Origin: Calditrichia bacterium
GTDB lineage: Bacteria; Calditrichota; Calditrichia; JAJRVZ01
Assembly: GCA_963796965.1 (NCBI GenBank)
Contig: CAWCNS010000004.1
Location: 576,001 to 640,000, forward strand
Direction: 5' to 3'
DNA length: 64,000 nt
Part shown: in pieces, positions 45,461-57,151 of the stretch
Numbering within the stretch: the first letter of the stretch is position 1
Layout of the letters: every line of letters starts with the position of its first letter
Made by a program: the position numbers and the translations under genes
The notes under the pieces: generated by a model
Database searches by the model: none
The model's input: only the letters and a program-made list of their open reading frames with translations
What the model was told of the DNA's origin: nothing

Positions 45461-46222
45461 ATGTCATTTAAAAATAAAATTATATTGGTAACAGGATCAA
45501 GTCGGGGAATCGGTTTGGCCATTGCCCAAAGATTTGCGCAAAAGGGGGCAACGCTGATAGTACATGGGCCTGACGATTCTGATGAATTGAGAATGGCCTG
45601 GGAGAAGGTTTACAAACATAGCCCTGATTCGGTCAAATTACCCTGTGATCTTGTCGATGGTTATGCGATTAAAAAGATGTTTGAAGAAATTGCCAGCAGA
45701 TTTAAGCGACTCGATATATTAATCAATAATGCTGTGTTTCAGAAAGAGGCCCCCCTTTTAGAAATCCAAGAACAAGACTGGGACCGGGTATTCGCCGTGA
45801 ATTTAAAAGCGCCGTTTCTTTGTTCACAACAAGCAGTAAAAATGATGATTAATCAGGGTGGGGGTAAAATTATCAATATTGGTTCAGTCCACGAGTATCA
45901 GGCCAGGAGGGGGTATTTACCGTATAGTACCTCTAAAGGTGGATTAGTGATGTTGACAAAAAATCTGGCACTTGAGTTGGCGGAGCATAATATCCAGGTA
46001 AACCAGGTAACCCCCGGTGCCATCGCCACAGCACTCACGGATCAAGACCGGCAGAAAAAATTTCTGACTGCGGTACCGGCTGGTCGGGTCGGACAGCCCG
46101 ACGATATAGCTGACATGGTTAAATTTTTGGCGTCTGATGAGGCTGGATATATAACGGGAAGATCCTTTGTGGTGGATGGTGGTCTGACGCTTGGCTTTTG
46201 TGCCAGCCGGCCGGATCTTTAG
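45461..46222 (+). CDS. SDR oxidoreductase (glucose 1-dehydrogenase-like)
   Basis: TGSSRGIG, NNA, SVHE, YSTSK. The ORF extension to 45407 is repeat sequence. Confidence 0.92.
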   Translation: MSFKNKIILVTGSSRGIGLAIAQRFAQKGATLIVHGPDDSDELRMAWEKVYKHSPDSVKLPCDLVDGYAIKKMFEEIASRFKRLDILINNAVFQKEAPLLEIQEQDWDRVFAVNLKAPFLCSQQAVKMMINQGGGKIINIGSVHEYQARRGYLPYSTSKGGLVMLTKNLALELAEHNIQVNQVTPGAIATALTDQDRQKKFLTAVPAGRVGQPDDIADMVKFLASDEAGYITGRSFVVDGGLTLGFCASRPDL

Positions 46223-46227
46223 GGAGA

Positions 46228-47063
46228 ATGAAGTTGAGAAATCACCCAATTCTTAAAGAACTGTACAGATTTAAACCCGGGAAGGGGCAACTTGGGATTG
46301 TCTGGCTGGGACAAAATGGATTCCTCATTAAAACAGCCTCGTCAGTTTTTTTTATTGATCCCTATCTATCTGATTTTGCTGAGCAATGGACCTATGGCTG
46401 GGAAAATGAACATGTTCGTATGGCTGCGATTCCGGTTCAGCCAAAGGAATTATATGGGATTGATTTGGTGCTTTGCACTCATGATCATGTAGATCACATC
46501 GATCCCTTTACCATACCGATCATTGCCTTGAGGAATCCAGAAACAAGATTCGTCGCACCGAAAGTGGCAAAAATACGCATGTTGGGTTTGTTTGTCAATG
46601 AGAATAAACTGGATGTGATGAAGGGAGAAGATAGCCTTTCTATTAATAATATGACCGTTTCAGCTATTCCGGCATCTCACTCAAAATTGAGTCGGGATTC
46701 TGAGAATGGGTACCACTTCCTTACACTATGTTATAGAGGTGGATGGCATTACAATCTTCCATGCAGGTGATAGTATTCTTTATGAAGGTCAAGTTGAATA
46801 TCTTAAAAACTTTGATATAGACCTGGCATTTTTACCAATCAATGGACGGCAGCCCACTAAATATGAGTTTGAACCTAATTTTTCTATTGCGGAAGTTATT
46901 GGTTTGGCAGAAAAAATTGAGGCAAAACTTACCATTCCTATGCATTATGACATGTATACGCTCAACACAGGCTAATATTGCTGATTTTGTGACTCAGGCT
47001 TTGGGTAAGATCAATTTCAGGGTGGCACAAAATGGTGTCCCTTTTATGATAGAGAATTTTTAA
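46228..47063 (+). CDS. MBL-fold hydrolase, UlaG (L-ascorbate-6-phosphate lactonase)-like; frameshifts near 46720 and 46970
   Basis: WLGQNGF, IDPYLS, THDHVDH, HAGDS, LPING, IPMHYD. Confidence 0.85.
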
Positions 47064-47084
47064 CAAGAGTCTTTATAATCTTTG

Positions 47085-47157
47085 ATGTCATCCCGAAGGG
47101 ATCTTCTTTCTTGTCGATTATTCTTCGACAAGTAGGAAGATTCCTCCAGAATGACAT
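47085..47157. repeat. Family D variant REP doublet with an inner hairpin
   Basis: atgtcatcccgaagggatcttc ... cttgtcga/tcgacaag ... gaagattcctccagaatgacat. Confidence 0.85.
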
Positions 47158-47225
47158 TTAAAATGCGCTTTAGAAATTTGTCGTTCTTTCATTTGACCCA
47201 AAATCTCAATAGAGGAATTAAAGTA

Positions 47226-48442
47226 ATGCGTATTATTATAATTGCTTTCATATTTATTTCGATCATCTCGTGTCAGCAAAAGGCCGAAAAGATTACAAAA
47301 AAATACGACTGGGATAGTGATGGCATGTTGGTTGTTGATGGACAACGCACATTTATTATTGGGTCCTATCATCTTCCCAAAACAGATAAGCCTTACCAGA
47401 CCCTCCATGAAACGGGTTACAATCTTATCAGGATTCCCGGCTGAAGATGCTGCTCTCGATGCTGCTCATCAAAATCAATTATTTACGTGGCTTGGTACGG
47501 GTGCAATCAGAACTGAAAAAAAAGAAGAGGATGTAAAACGTATTTCTGAATTAGTTCGTAAATATAAAGATCATCCTTCTTTACTTATCTGGGAAATATC
47601 CGATGAACCTGCCTTCACCTGGAATTCCCCCGATTACCGTGTATCACCACAGCAGATGCTGGAATCCTATCAGGTAATAAAACAAGAAGATCCGGAACAT
47701 CTCGTTTATACTAATCATGGGCCAGTCAATTTGATCTCGACTTTAAAAAAGTATAACCCCTCGACTGATATTATTGCTTGTGATGTTTATCCGGTTATTC
47801 CCCATGGTATTAAACCCACCTATGCTTTATTTGATGATGGTTTACAGGGGGATCTCTTAAATCCTTATATCAGTCAAGTGGGCAACTATGTCGATAAAAT
47901 GTTAGAGGTTGGGGAAGGAAAAAAACCACTTTTTATGGTTTTACAGGGTTTCTCCTGGGAAATGCTAAAAAAAGAGGCTGAAAGAAATCCTGAAATGATT
48001 TTATATCCAACTTATGAACAATCCCGTTTTATGGCTTATCAGGCAATTGTTGGGGGAGCGGTGGGTATCAATTACTGGGGAACCTCCTACACGCCTCAGC
48101 CATCGGTATTTATGGATGATCTTAACCGGGTTACCATGGAATTAGCAGAAATGCAATCAGTTATTTCTGCCCTGAAGTCAAAAAATAGAATTGAGAAAGA
48201 ATATCATGAGCTGGGCTATTCTGTCGATGTCGGTGTGGAAATTTTAGTAAAGGAAATCGGATGGGGTCCGCTATCTGATTACGGTGAATTCAGATAAAAA
48301 TCCCGTAAAAGTAACGCTTAAGGGTCTGGACGGATTCAGAGAAGCCTCAGTTTTGATGGAGAATCGAATAATCTCCATATCTGGTGATTATTTAACGGAT
48401 ATGTATAAACCATTCGATGTACATATTTATCAACTAAAATAA
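47226..48442 (+). CDS. Lipoprotein hypothetical TIM-barrel glycoside hydrolase, paralogous to the 42054 gene; frameshifts near 47440 and 48260-48285
   Basis: IISC lipobox; FIIGSY, HPSLLIWEISDEP, DVYPV; ends YKPFDVHIYQLK-stop at 48442. Confidence 0.65.
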
Positions 48443-48525
48443 TCAACCTATTTTTGTTTTGAATTTTTGATGCATAAAGATTAGATTTAGAACATAGAAA
48501 GTCACAAAACGATATTAAAAAGATT

Positions 48526-48650
48526 ATCCACGAATTAACACGATTTTTACTAATATTTGAATTAATTCTATTTATAAAGAATGACATAAGATCCGTTGAT
48601 ATTTACGCATTTTGCTGATAAATCTCTGCGTCTTTGCGCCTCTGCGAGAG
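48526..48650. repeat. Family B element followed by a family A right arm
   Basis: atccacgaattaacacgatt ... ctctgcgtctttgcgcctctgcgagag. Confidence 0.75.
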
Positions 48651-48685
48651 TCAATTCTTATTTAAATAATAAAAGGAGAATGTAA

Positions 48686-50173
48686 ATGACTAAATCAATG
48701 ACAAGAAGGAAATTTTTATCTACTAGTGCAGCAGGTGTTGCAGGCGGTGCTGTGCTGGCGTCAATTCCGGCTTCATCCTATGCCCGTATTTTGGGTGCCA
48801 ATGATACCATTAATATGGCCGTTATTGGTATCCGTGGACGGGGTGGAAACCATATTGATAGTTTTGCTGGAATGAAAAATGTTAGAGTTAACTATCTGGT
48901 TGATGTGGATGCTAATCTATTCGAGAGGCGGGTAAAAGGTGTAAACGAGAAATATGGTTATAGCCCTAAAACAGAAATGGATATGCGCAAAGTTTACAAT
49001 GATAAAGAAATCGATGCGGTAGCTATTGCCACGACCAATCACTGGCATGCCCTGGCCACCATCTGGGCTGCCCAGGCAGGGAAACATGTTTATGTAGAGA
49101 AACCATCTTCACATAATATGTTTGAAGGGCAGAAAATGATCGAAGCGGCACGCAAATATAACGTGTTGGTTCAGGTCGGCTTCCAAAACCGTTCACGTCT
49201 TAATACCAATGCTGGTATGAAGTTTTTGCATGATGGAAAACTGGGGGATATATATATGGCCCGCGGTCTATGTTTTAAGCCACGTGCAAGTATTGGCAAA
49301 TATCCCGATGGTCCAATGAAACCGGGTGAGAAATTTCGAATGAATTTGGAGAGCAGCAGCTATGAGCCTCCCTATACAGAGGAATATCTTAATGAAGTTA
49401 ACTATGACATGTGGCTTGGCCCGGCCCCGAAACGTCCTTTTAACCGCAACCGCTTTCATTATAACTGGCATTGGCATTGGGACTATGGTAATGGTGATAC
49501 AGGAAACCAGGGTCCACATCAATTTGATATCGCCCGCTGGGGATTAAACAAGGATGATTATCCTGTAAAGATAAGCAGTAAAGGGGGATATTTTGTTTAT
49601 AAAGATTCGGCACAGGAAACACCCAACACCCAAACATCCCTATTTGAATATGCTGATGGAAAAATACTGGAATTTGGTACACGTGGCGTATTGACGAATC
49701 CAGAAGGTCTTGACTTATCTGTTATTACTGAAAGTAAGCGAGGAGAATTCACAGCAAACTTAAAAGCATCCGCAGAAAAAATAGGTAATCTCTTTTTTGG
49801 AAGTGAAGGCTGGATGCAGATGGATTCTGGTGGCAACTGGCAAACATTCTTAGGTCGCAATAGTGAACCTGGTCCCAATTCTGGTGATGCGGATACTTCC
49901 TACGATCCAATGAATCTTGCGGGTGCCGGTGGCGGCGGACATTTTGCTAATTTTATCGCGGCCCTACGTAGTGGTAAGCAGAGTGATCTGACCTGTGACG
50001 TTGCGGTCGGACAAAAATCTACCGATTTGCCACTAATTGCAAACATTGCTTATCTTCTTGGCCGCGATTTGCAATTTGATGGTAAAAAATATGAGTTTAT
50101 CGATGACGATGAGGCAAATAAAATGAAGACACGTGATTATCGCAAAGCGTATGTTGTTCCGGAAAAAGTCTGA
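48686..50173 (+). CDS. Tat-exported Gfo/Idh/MocA oxidoreductase
   Basis: TRRKF Tat motif; GIRGRG; VYVEKP; FHYNWHWHWDYGNGD. Confidence 0.93.
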   Translation: MTKSMTRRKFLSTSAAGVAGGAVLASIPASSYARILGANDTINMAVIGIRGRGGNHIDSFAGMKNVRVNYLVDVDANLFERRVKGVNEKYGYSPKTEMDMRKVYNDKEIDAVAIATTNHWHALATIWAAQAGKHVYVEKPSSHNMFEGQKMIEAARKYNVLVQVGFQNRSRLNTNAGMKFLHDGKLGDIYMARGLCFKPRASIGKYPDGPMKPGEKFRMNLESSSYEPPYTEEYLNEVNYDMWLGPAPKRPFNRNRFHYNWHWHWDYGNGDTGNQGPHQFDIARWGLNKDDYPVKISSKGGYFVYKDSAQETPNTQTSLFEYADGKILEFGTRGVLTNPEGLDLSVITESKRGEFTANLKASAEKIGNLFFGSEGWMQMDSGGNWQTFLGRNSEPGPNSGDADTSYDPMNLAGAGGGGHFANFIAALRSGKQSDLTCDVAVGQKSTDLPLIANIAYLLGRDLQFDGKKYEFIDDDEANKMKTRDYRKAYVVPEKV

Positions 50174-50194
50174 TCCCTACATCATCCTATATTG

Positions 50195-50229
50195 AAAAAG
50201 AATGCCTCTCTTGTAGAGGCATTTTTTTT
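50195..50229 (+). terminator. Rho-independent terminator closing the glycan tract
   Basis: Stem aatgcctct / agaggcatt followed by a T run and preceded by an A run. Confidence 0.85.
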
Positions 50230-50607
50230 GAACAGAGATCAGGTTTTGAGATGATGACTCTTAAATCGTAATCTTAGATTTGATAGGTGATATTTTACTA
50301 TTCCCTTGGCAGGCGTCAGAATCCTTGGATTATTATAAATTTGTATTTACATTTTAGCAATCATGCATTGATGAGAAAATATTTTATATGTCCTGAACGC
50401 TTAACACTTTTTTCGTGACAATTTTATTTGTATAGAGAATTTGAAAACAAACCTGAGCAAGATGACTTCATTTAATTTTAGGCTATAACTTCCCGCTGGA
50501 ACATGTATTACCTTACTTAAAATTCTGCATCTAACAAAGGTTAGGCGTTTGGCTCTAACCTAAATATAAACTGGCGAAACTAACAAACAAAAAAGGAGAA
50601 TCAATCT

Positions 50608-51009
50608 ATGTCTATGGTTAAAGAATTTAAAGAATTTGCCATGCGCGGTAATGTTGTCGATATGGCTGTCGGTATTGTTATTGGTGCCGCATTCGGAAAA
50701 ATCGTTTCATCATTTGTCAGTGATGTTCTTATGCCACCGATAGGCATGCTATTGGGTGGTGTTGATTTCAGTGATTTGATGATCACTCTGAAAGATGCGG
50801 TTGGCGAAACGCCAGCGGTAGTGGTCAAATATGGATTGTTTGTAAATACAGTCCTGGATTTTGTAATCGTTGCCTTTGCCATTTTTATGGTCATTAAAGG
50901 AATGAATGCCATGAAAAAGAAAGAGGAAGTTGCACCGGCAGCACCTCCAAAACCTTCAAATGAAGAGGTACTGCTGGCTGAAATCAGGGATACACTAAAA
51001 TCACGTTAG
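50608..51009 (+). CDS. mscL: Large-conductance mechanosensitive channel
   Basis: [31 protein letters not shown] ... LLAEIRD; RBS aggag. Confidence 0.97.
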   Translation: MSMVKEFKEFAMRGNVVDMAVGIVIGAAFGKIVSSFVSDVLMPPIGMLLGGVDFSDLMITLKDAVGETPAVVVKYGLFVNTVLDFVIVAFAIFMVIKGMNAMKKKEEVAPAAPPKPSNEEVLLAEIRDTLKSR

Positions 51010-51050
51010 ACAATAATCTTAGAATCACTATCAAAAATGTGTCTTTATCT

Positions 51051-51081
51051 ATAAGCCGTGGTTGGCTACCACGGCTTATTT
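51051..51081 (+). terminator. Terminator-like hairpin after mscL
   Basis: ataagccgtgg / ccacggcttat 11-bp stem with only a short T tail. Confidence 0.6.
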
Positions 51082-51514
51082 AGACAGCAGAATTAGACAT
51101 TTCGTCTCTATTTTATGATTTGTCATGAAAAGATTATTCGGTTCTTGCAAAATCAATAATTGGATTATAAATTACTACCATACTTTTCTCCCAATTTTTT
51201 TTTATATCATCATTGAACTTTTAAGATTCTATATCTAAAAATAGATCACAAGGAAATAATTAGTGCAATATAACCATAATCTTATGGGTCGTTTACTCTT
51301 TTTCCTGTGTCAGTATTCGTCTGTGATATTCAATTGAATTATCTAATAAAAAACATTTTCATAGAAAATTACTATACTTTATGCATTTAAGAGAATATTT
51401 TGTTTAATATTATAGTTCTATGACTGTAATTTGAGAGATTGAAACAAAGATTGATAGACAAAACGTAACTATTTAAATCACCAAAACAACCAATTAAAGG
51501 AAGGGATTTTTATT

Positions 51515-51930
51515 ATGGCAAATTACAAAATTAGTGATGTAGAAGGTATCGGACCCAAATTTGCGGCTGAAATTGTCCAAAGCGGGTGTGCGCAGTGTAA
51601 ATGCACTTTTAAAAGAAGGGGCTTCAAAAAAAGGTCGTAAGTCATTAGCGAGTATGACTGATATTGATGAATCAATGATCTTGAAATGGGTGAATATGGC
51701 CGATCTTTATCGTGTCAAAGGTATTGGCAGTGAATATTCTGAATTATTGGAAAAAGCTGGTGTTGATACTGTTAAAGAATTGGCTACACGCCGCCCTGAC
51801 AATTTACATGCAAAAATGGTTGAAGTAAATTCATCCAAGAAGTCCGCTGGTCAGGCAGTTACCTGGACAAAAAACAGTTGAGAAATGGGTTGCAGGTGCA
51901 AAAAAACTTGATCCAAAAGTAACCCATTAA
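51515..51930 (+). CDS. DUF4332 helix-hairpin-helix protein; frameshifts near 51565 and 51845
   Basis: MANYKISDVEGIGP...WVNMADLYRVKGIGSEYSELLEKAGVDTVKELATR...PKVTH-stop. Confidence 0.85.
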
Positions 51931-51938
51931 TTATTAAA

Positions 51939-51974
51939 TGGAGATGCATAATAGATAATGCATCTCTTTTTTTT
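51939..51974 (+). terminator. Rho-independent terminator
   Basis: gagatgcat / atgcatctc stem plus T run. Confidence 0.8.
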
Positions 51975-52009
51975 GTATTGACTTTAGTTATTAAGAACGG
52001 GAGTAAAAT

Positions 52010-52448
52010 ATGGGTTTATTTGATTTTTTGAGAAATGTGGGCAGTGATATCTTTGGCGGGGACGATGAAGTAGAAAAGATCACTGAATTGATCAATACAG
52101 AGTTAGGTGATAAAGTTAAAGATTTAAAGGTAGAATTTGATGATGGTCAGGTGACACTCTATGGATCCTGTGATACGCAGGAAACAAAAGAAAAAGCAAT
52201 CCTTCTGGCAGGGAATCTGAAAGGCGTTGAGAAAGTTAATGATGACATATTTATCATCACCACCCGCAGTTGAACCCTTTGACTTTTATACGATTAAAAG
52301 TGGTGATTCACTTTCCAAGATTGCAAAATTTTATTATCGTGATGCCATGAAATATCCGGTTCTTTTTGAAGCAAACCGCGAAATTATTAAAAATCCGGAT
52401 CTTATATATCCAGGACAGGTCATAAGGGTTCCAAAAATAGACCAATAG
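52010..52448 (+). CDS. kbp: BON + LysM protein (Kbp/YgaU potassium-binding protein-like); frameshift near 52255
   Basis: MGLFDFL...KEKAILLAGNLKGVEKVND; YTIKSGDSLSKIAK...NPDLIYPGQVIRVP. Confidence 0.85.
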
Positions 52449-52587
52449 GGATAGTTAATTATTGATAGGTATTATCTGAATGGCGCATCTATACATCTTT
52501 ACTATTTTAAAAATTAGAATTGAAAGATAGATGTGCTAACAAGAAGGGAGAGATTACTCTCCCTTAAATTTTTTTAGGAGTAAAAAC

Positions 52588-53181
52588 ATGGGAAATTTTG
52601 TTGACGATTTAATGGGTTCTTTGGGCGGTGATGTATCTAAACAAGTTTCATCCACTTTAGGAATTGATCAGGAAACAGTAATGCAAATGTTGCCCCAAGT
52701 TGCCCCCCTTATTTTAGGTGGTCTAAAGAAGCAAAAGGATGAGCAAGGCGGTCAGGATCGCGTTGACCATATTTTAAATAAATATGGTAGCGCTGATGTG
52801 CTTAATAATATGGGAGATTTATTTTCTTCAAAAGCCCAGGACAAAAACCCGGATCCAAATCTTGGGCGGATTGCTAGGAAATTCTGGAGGAGACGCTGCA
52901 AATTTTCTTTCAAAACAATTTAATATTGATAGTAATACGGCGATGAAATTATACCTATGCTTGCACCTGTAATTTTAGGGTTTCTGACAAAAAAACGCGA
53001 TAGTGACGGTCTGGGATCTTCGGGTATTGCTTCACTCCTCGATCAGGATGGTGATGGCAGTGTTTTGGACGACGTCGCTGGTTTTCTGTTGCAGGGAATG
53101 GGTGGTTCTTCCCAGAAAAGTAGTGGCGGAGGTTTACTTGGAGGTCTTTTGGGTGGACTCTTAGGCGGAAAAAGAAAATAA
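52588..53181 (+). CDS. DUF937 family protein; frameshifts near 52865 and 52950
   Basis: QVAPLILGGL, LAPVILGFL, LLDQDGDGSVLDDV and a Gly/Leu-rich tail; three ORF pieces. Confidence 0.8.
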
Positions 53182-53196
53182 CGCTACACACTAAAT

Positions 53197-54048
53197 TTGT
53201 GGTTTATGGATATGAATAATTCCATCCGTACTTTTTTACTGATGACGGGCTTGACGGTTCTGTTTGTCTGGATTGGTGGCGCTTTGGGTGGCCAAAGTGG
53301 TGCAATTCTTGCCTTTATAGCGGCAGGGGCAATGAATTTCTTTGCCTATTGGTTTAGTGATAAAATGGTTTTAAAACGATATCGCGCACAAGAAGCCTCA
53401 CCAGATACCAACCCCCGGTTATATAATATGGTTGCGGATCTTGCCGCAAAGGCAAACTTACCCATGCCAAAGGTATATATTATTCCAGAACAAACCCCAA
53501 ATGCTTTTGCAACAGGAAGAAATCCAAGTCATGCCGCTGTGGCAGCAACAGAGGGTATATTAGATCTGTTGGATGATAAGGAACTTTCGGGTGTCATGGC
53601 TCATGAATTGACCCATGTAAAAAACAGGGATATCTTAACCAGCACGATTGCGGCAACATTTGCCGGTGCGATAGCCATGTTAGGTCAGTTCTCAAGATTT
53701 GGAGGTACAAACCGCCAATCGAATAAAAATCCAATTGTTATGATTTTAATAATGGTTGGTGCACCTTTAATTGCCATGATTATTAGAATGGCCATTTCGC
53801 GGGTGCGGGAATATGCAGCTGACAAAGGTGGCGCAGAAATCAGCGGGGACCCCTTGGGTTTGGCCAGCGCTTTAAATAAATTACAGCATGGAGTGCACCG
53901 AAATCCCATAAGTAGCAGGGGCAATCCTGCTCATGCCCATATGTTTATCATAAATCCTTTTTTTGGTGGCATGCAAAAACTTTTCGCTACTCATCCATCC
54001 ACGGAAGAGCGGATTGCCAAGCTTAAGGCTATTGCAGCACAGATGTAA
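53197..54048 (+). CDS. htpX: Membrane zinc metalloprotease HtpX (M48)
   Basis: PNAFATGRNP, HELTH (HExxH), ISRVREYAAD, THPSTEERI. The start may be ATG 53212. Confidence 0.95.
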   Translation: MWFMDMNNSIRTFLLMTGLTVLFVWIGGALGGQSGAILAFIAAGAMNFFAYWFSDKMVLKRYRAQEASPDTNPRLYNMVADLAAKANLPMPKVYIIPEQTPNAFATGRNPSHAAVAATEGILDLLDDKELSGVMAHELTHVKNRDILTSTIAATFAGAIAMLGQFSRFGGTNRQSNKNPIVMILIMVGAPLIAMIIRMAISRVREYAADKGGAEISGDPLGLASALNKLQHGVHRNPISSRGNPAHAHMFIINPFFGGMQKLFATHPSTEERIAKLKAIAAQM

Positions 54049-54281
54049 GTGAGGTCCATTACATAATAGGTTTAGCCCCCCAAAGGAAATTATATTTTGG
54101 GATATAATTTGGTTTGTTCTCTTCCTGCTATATTCGTCCCGGTATTATAGGTTTAACTGGATAAACAGATCTTGTTAAGATCGATTAGTTTTTAGAGAGT
54201 TCATCTCGAATTGATAGGTCTATAATAGAGCAAATAAATTTACGCTATTTCAAAAGATTATATACGAAGGTAAGTCTATCA

Positions 54282-56706
54282 ATGCATGTATTTGAAAAAT
54301 TAGGTCTGTTTTATCTTGGTAAAAAACTTACAGCTAATCGGGAAAAGGTTAGCGATGAATATTTGCTTTACGATTCAAAGGATTTGTCAACCCATGCAGT
54401 CTGTGTTGGAATGACCGGTAGTGGTAAAACGGGTCTTTGTATCTCTCTCCTGGAAGAAGCAGCCATAGACAACATCCCATCAATCATTATTGATCCCAAG
54501 GGTGATATGGGTAATTTACTCCTTTCGTTTCCGGAACTGAAGGGGACGGATTTTTTACCCTGGATAAACAAAGATTCCGCAAAGAAGAAGGATCTTACAC
54601 CAGAAGAATATGCTAACGGTCAGGCCGACCTATGGAAAAATGGGCTTGCTGACTGGGGACAGACCGGAGAAAGAATTGAGCGTCTTCAAAAATCGACAGA
54701 TTTCGCCATTTATACTCCGGGAAGTAATGCCGGATTACCGGTATCAATCGTTGATTCGTTTTCAGCACCTAAGGGGCAGGTATTAGAAGATATGGACATC
54801 TTAAGGGAACGGGTTCAAACAACCGTATCTGGTCTTCTGGAATTGTTAGGCATCGCAGCAGATCCGCTCCAAAGCAGGGAGCATATTCTAGTCTCAAATA
54901 TCATGGAGCATTGTTGGGTGACCGGAAAAGATGTTGATCTGGGTAGTCTCATTCAAATGATTCAGTCGCCTCCACTTGAACAAATTGGTGTGTTTAATAT
55001 CGAAGACTTTTATCCGAGTTCGGCCCGGCTAAAACTGGCCATGTCGTTAAACAATTTATTAGCAGCACCGGGATTCAAAGCCTGGATGGAAGGAGAATCT
55101 CTGGATATTGATCAAATGATCTATACTTCTCAGGGTAAGCCACGATCGATAATATTTTCTATTGCCCATCTCTCCGATCAAGAACGAATGTTTTTCGTTA
55201 CCTTATTACTCAATCAAATTATCGGCTGGATGCGCGGTCAAAAAGGGAGTACCAGTCTGCGGGCAATCTTGTATATGGATGAAGTTTTTGGATTTTTACC
55301 GCCTGTCAGTGAACCACCATCAAAGCGCCCTTTCTTAACTCTTTTGAAGCAGGCCCGGGCCTTTGGTGTTGGTGTGGTGTTATCAACCCAAAACCCTATC
55401 GACCTGGACTATAAAGGTCTATCTAATGCTGGTACCTGGTTTGTGGGTCGTTTGCAGACTGAAAAAGATAAAGAGCGTTTAGCAGATGGATTAATTGGGG
55501 GCAGTCAGGGAGATATCCTTGATAAAAAGACTTTGATGGAATCGATATCTTCTCTAAATAAACGAGAATTCCTGCTTCATAATGTTCATGAAAAACATCT
55601 TCAGTTTTTCCACACCCGATGGGCAATGTCATATCTTTGCGGACCCTTAACGAGGACACAAATTAAAACGTTGATGTCTGGGAAAAAGGGTTCGAGCAGG
55701 ACTGAGCCCGCTCCGTCCCCATCCGGAAACTAAACAGGTCAAAAAATCTGAGATAAATGTAATTCCACAATTGCCGGCAGGCATTCGTCAAGAGTATGCA
55801 CCGGTTGATTTGCCGATTGAAACAGGTGGAAAAATAGTGTATCAATTATATTCGGTTGCCGCGGCAGACGTTTCGTTTTTTAACAGCCGATATGGTGTTG
55901 CCCGTACTTTCCCTGTTGCCTATGCGCTTCCAATGGGAAAAGATACGCTTGATATTTCTTGGATTCAATCGAAATTATTTGATTTTAAAACTGAAATTTT
56001 CAGTGGTAATAAGGTTGATGATGCTGACTACATGTCTGTGCAACCTATTGTACTAAAACTTGGGACAACAGATAATCTTGATAAACAATTTGAGAGTTTT
56101 GTCTACCAAAACTATAGGCTTGAATTATGGAAGAGTGAGATGTTTAAGACGATTTCACTACCGGAGGAATCAGAACGAGATTATCGGATTCGTTTGCAGC
56201 AGATTGCTCATGAGCGCCGCGACCTTGAAGTGGAAAGACTTCGTCGACAATTTTCAAAGAAAGTTGATACATTAGAAAAACAATTGGAAACTGCCCGGCG
56301 TCTTGTAGACAAAGAGGGAGATCAATATCAACAAAAGATGTTAGATACTGCCATTTCTGTAGGCACCTCGATCTTTGGGGCAATTCTTGGCGGTAGAACA
56401 TCACGAACGAGTGTTACACGTGCTGCACGATCTGCCAGTCGGTTAAGTAAGGAGAAAGGTGATATTGCGCGAGCTAAAGAAAAGATGATTCAAATCGAAG
56501 GACGAATTAAAGAACTCGACGACCAATTGAATGATCAGATTACAGAGCTCACGGAGAAATTTGATCCAATGAATGAAGAGTTGAAGAAGATTTTAATCCG
56601 GCCCAAAAAGGCTGATGTATTACAAAGGTATTTTGGATTTCTATGGGTACCTTTTGTTTATAATTCGGATGGCAGTGTAAAGTCACTTAACCGACTGATT
56701 AGCTAA
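54282..56706 (+). CDS. HerA/FtsK-superfamily ATPase (DUF87-like) with a C-terminal coiled coil; frameshift near 55720
   Basis: GMTGSGKT, IDPKGD, LYMDE, RAFGVGVVLSTQNP. The C-terminal part is ORF 55771..56706. Confidence 0.85.
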
Positions 56707-56778
56707 TAAACCTGACCTCAATCTTGAGGAGCAGGAAATGTATGAAGTCTATAAATCAAAAACAGAAGGGAAATTATT

Positions 56779-56982
56779 ATGAGTGTAGCAAAAGTATCTG
56801 AAATCATCAGCTCATCTAAAAAAAGTTTTGATGATGCACTTGATAAAGGTGTTATGCGGGCAAGTAAAACGCTGAAAAATGTAAAAAGCGCCTGGATCAA
56901 AGACCAATACGTTCAGATAAAAAGCGGAAAAGTTGTTGAATATCGTGTGGTATTAATGGTCACTTTTATCCTTAATGACTAA
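56779..56982 (+). CDS. Dodecin family protein
   Basis: MSVAKVSEIISSSKKSFDDA...YRVVLMVTFILND, 67 aa. Confidence 0.9.
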   Translation: MSVAKVSEIISSSKKSFDDALDKGVMRASKTLKNVKSAWIKDQYVQIKSGKVVEYRVVLMVTFILND

Positions 56983-57104
56983 ATTTGCAGGTTAGCAAAG
57001 AACAAAAAGGATAATAAGGGTAAATAGAATTAGATTTTCTGCAAAAATGAATACCTTTACGCAGAAAAATGCAGGTTTTATTACTCAAAATGTAATCTGA
57101 TGAG

Positions 57105-57151
57105 AAAAGAGGGGGGATTTCCTGTAACAGGATAAATACACCCCTTTTTTT
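57105..57151. terminator. Possible bidirectional terminator between convergent dodecin and ppk2 genes
   Basis: aaaagagggggg...cacccctttttt imperfect stem with A and T flanks. Confidence 0.55.

Noticed and set aside
1..50173. Classical Bacteroidota SusC/SusD polysaccharide utilisation locus
   Set aside because: No TonB-dependent receptor, SusD or hybrid two-component regulator is present in the window.
50400..50600. Riboswitch upstream of mscL
   Set aside because: Only an isolated hairpin (ggttag/ctaacc); no fluoride or c-di-GMP consensus recognised.
54282..56706. HerA-based anti-phage system or conjugative coupling protein
   Set aside because: No Sir2, nuclease, NurA, relaxase or T4SS gene is adjacent.
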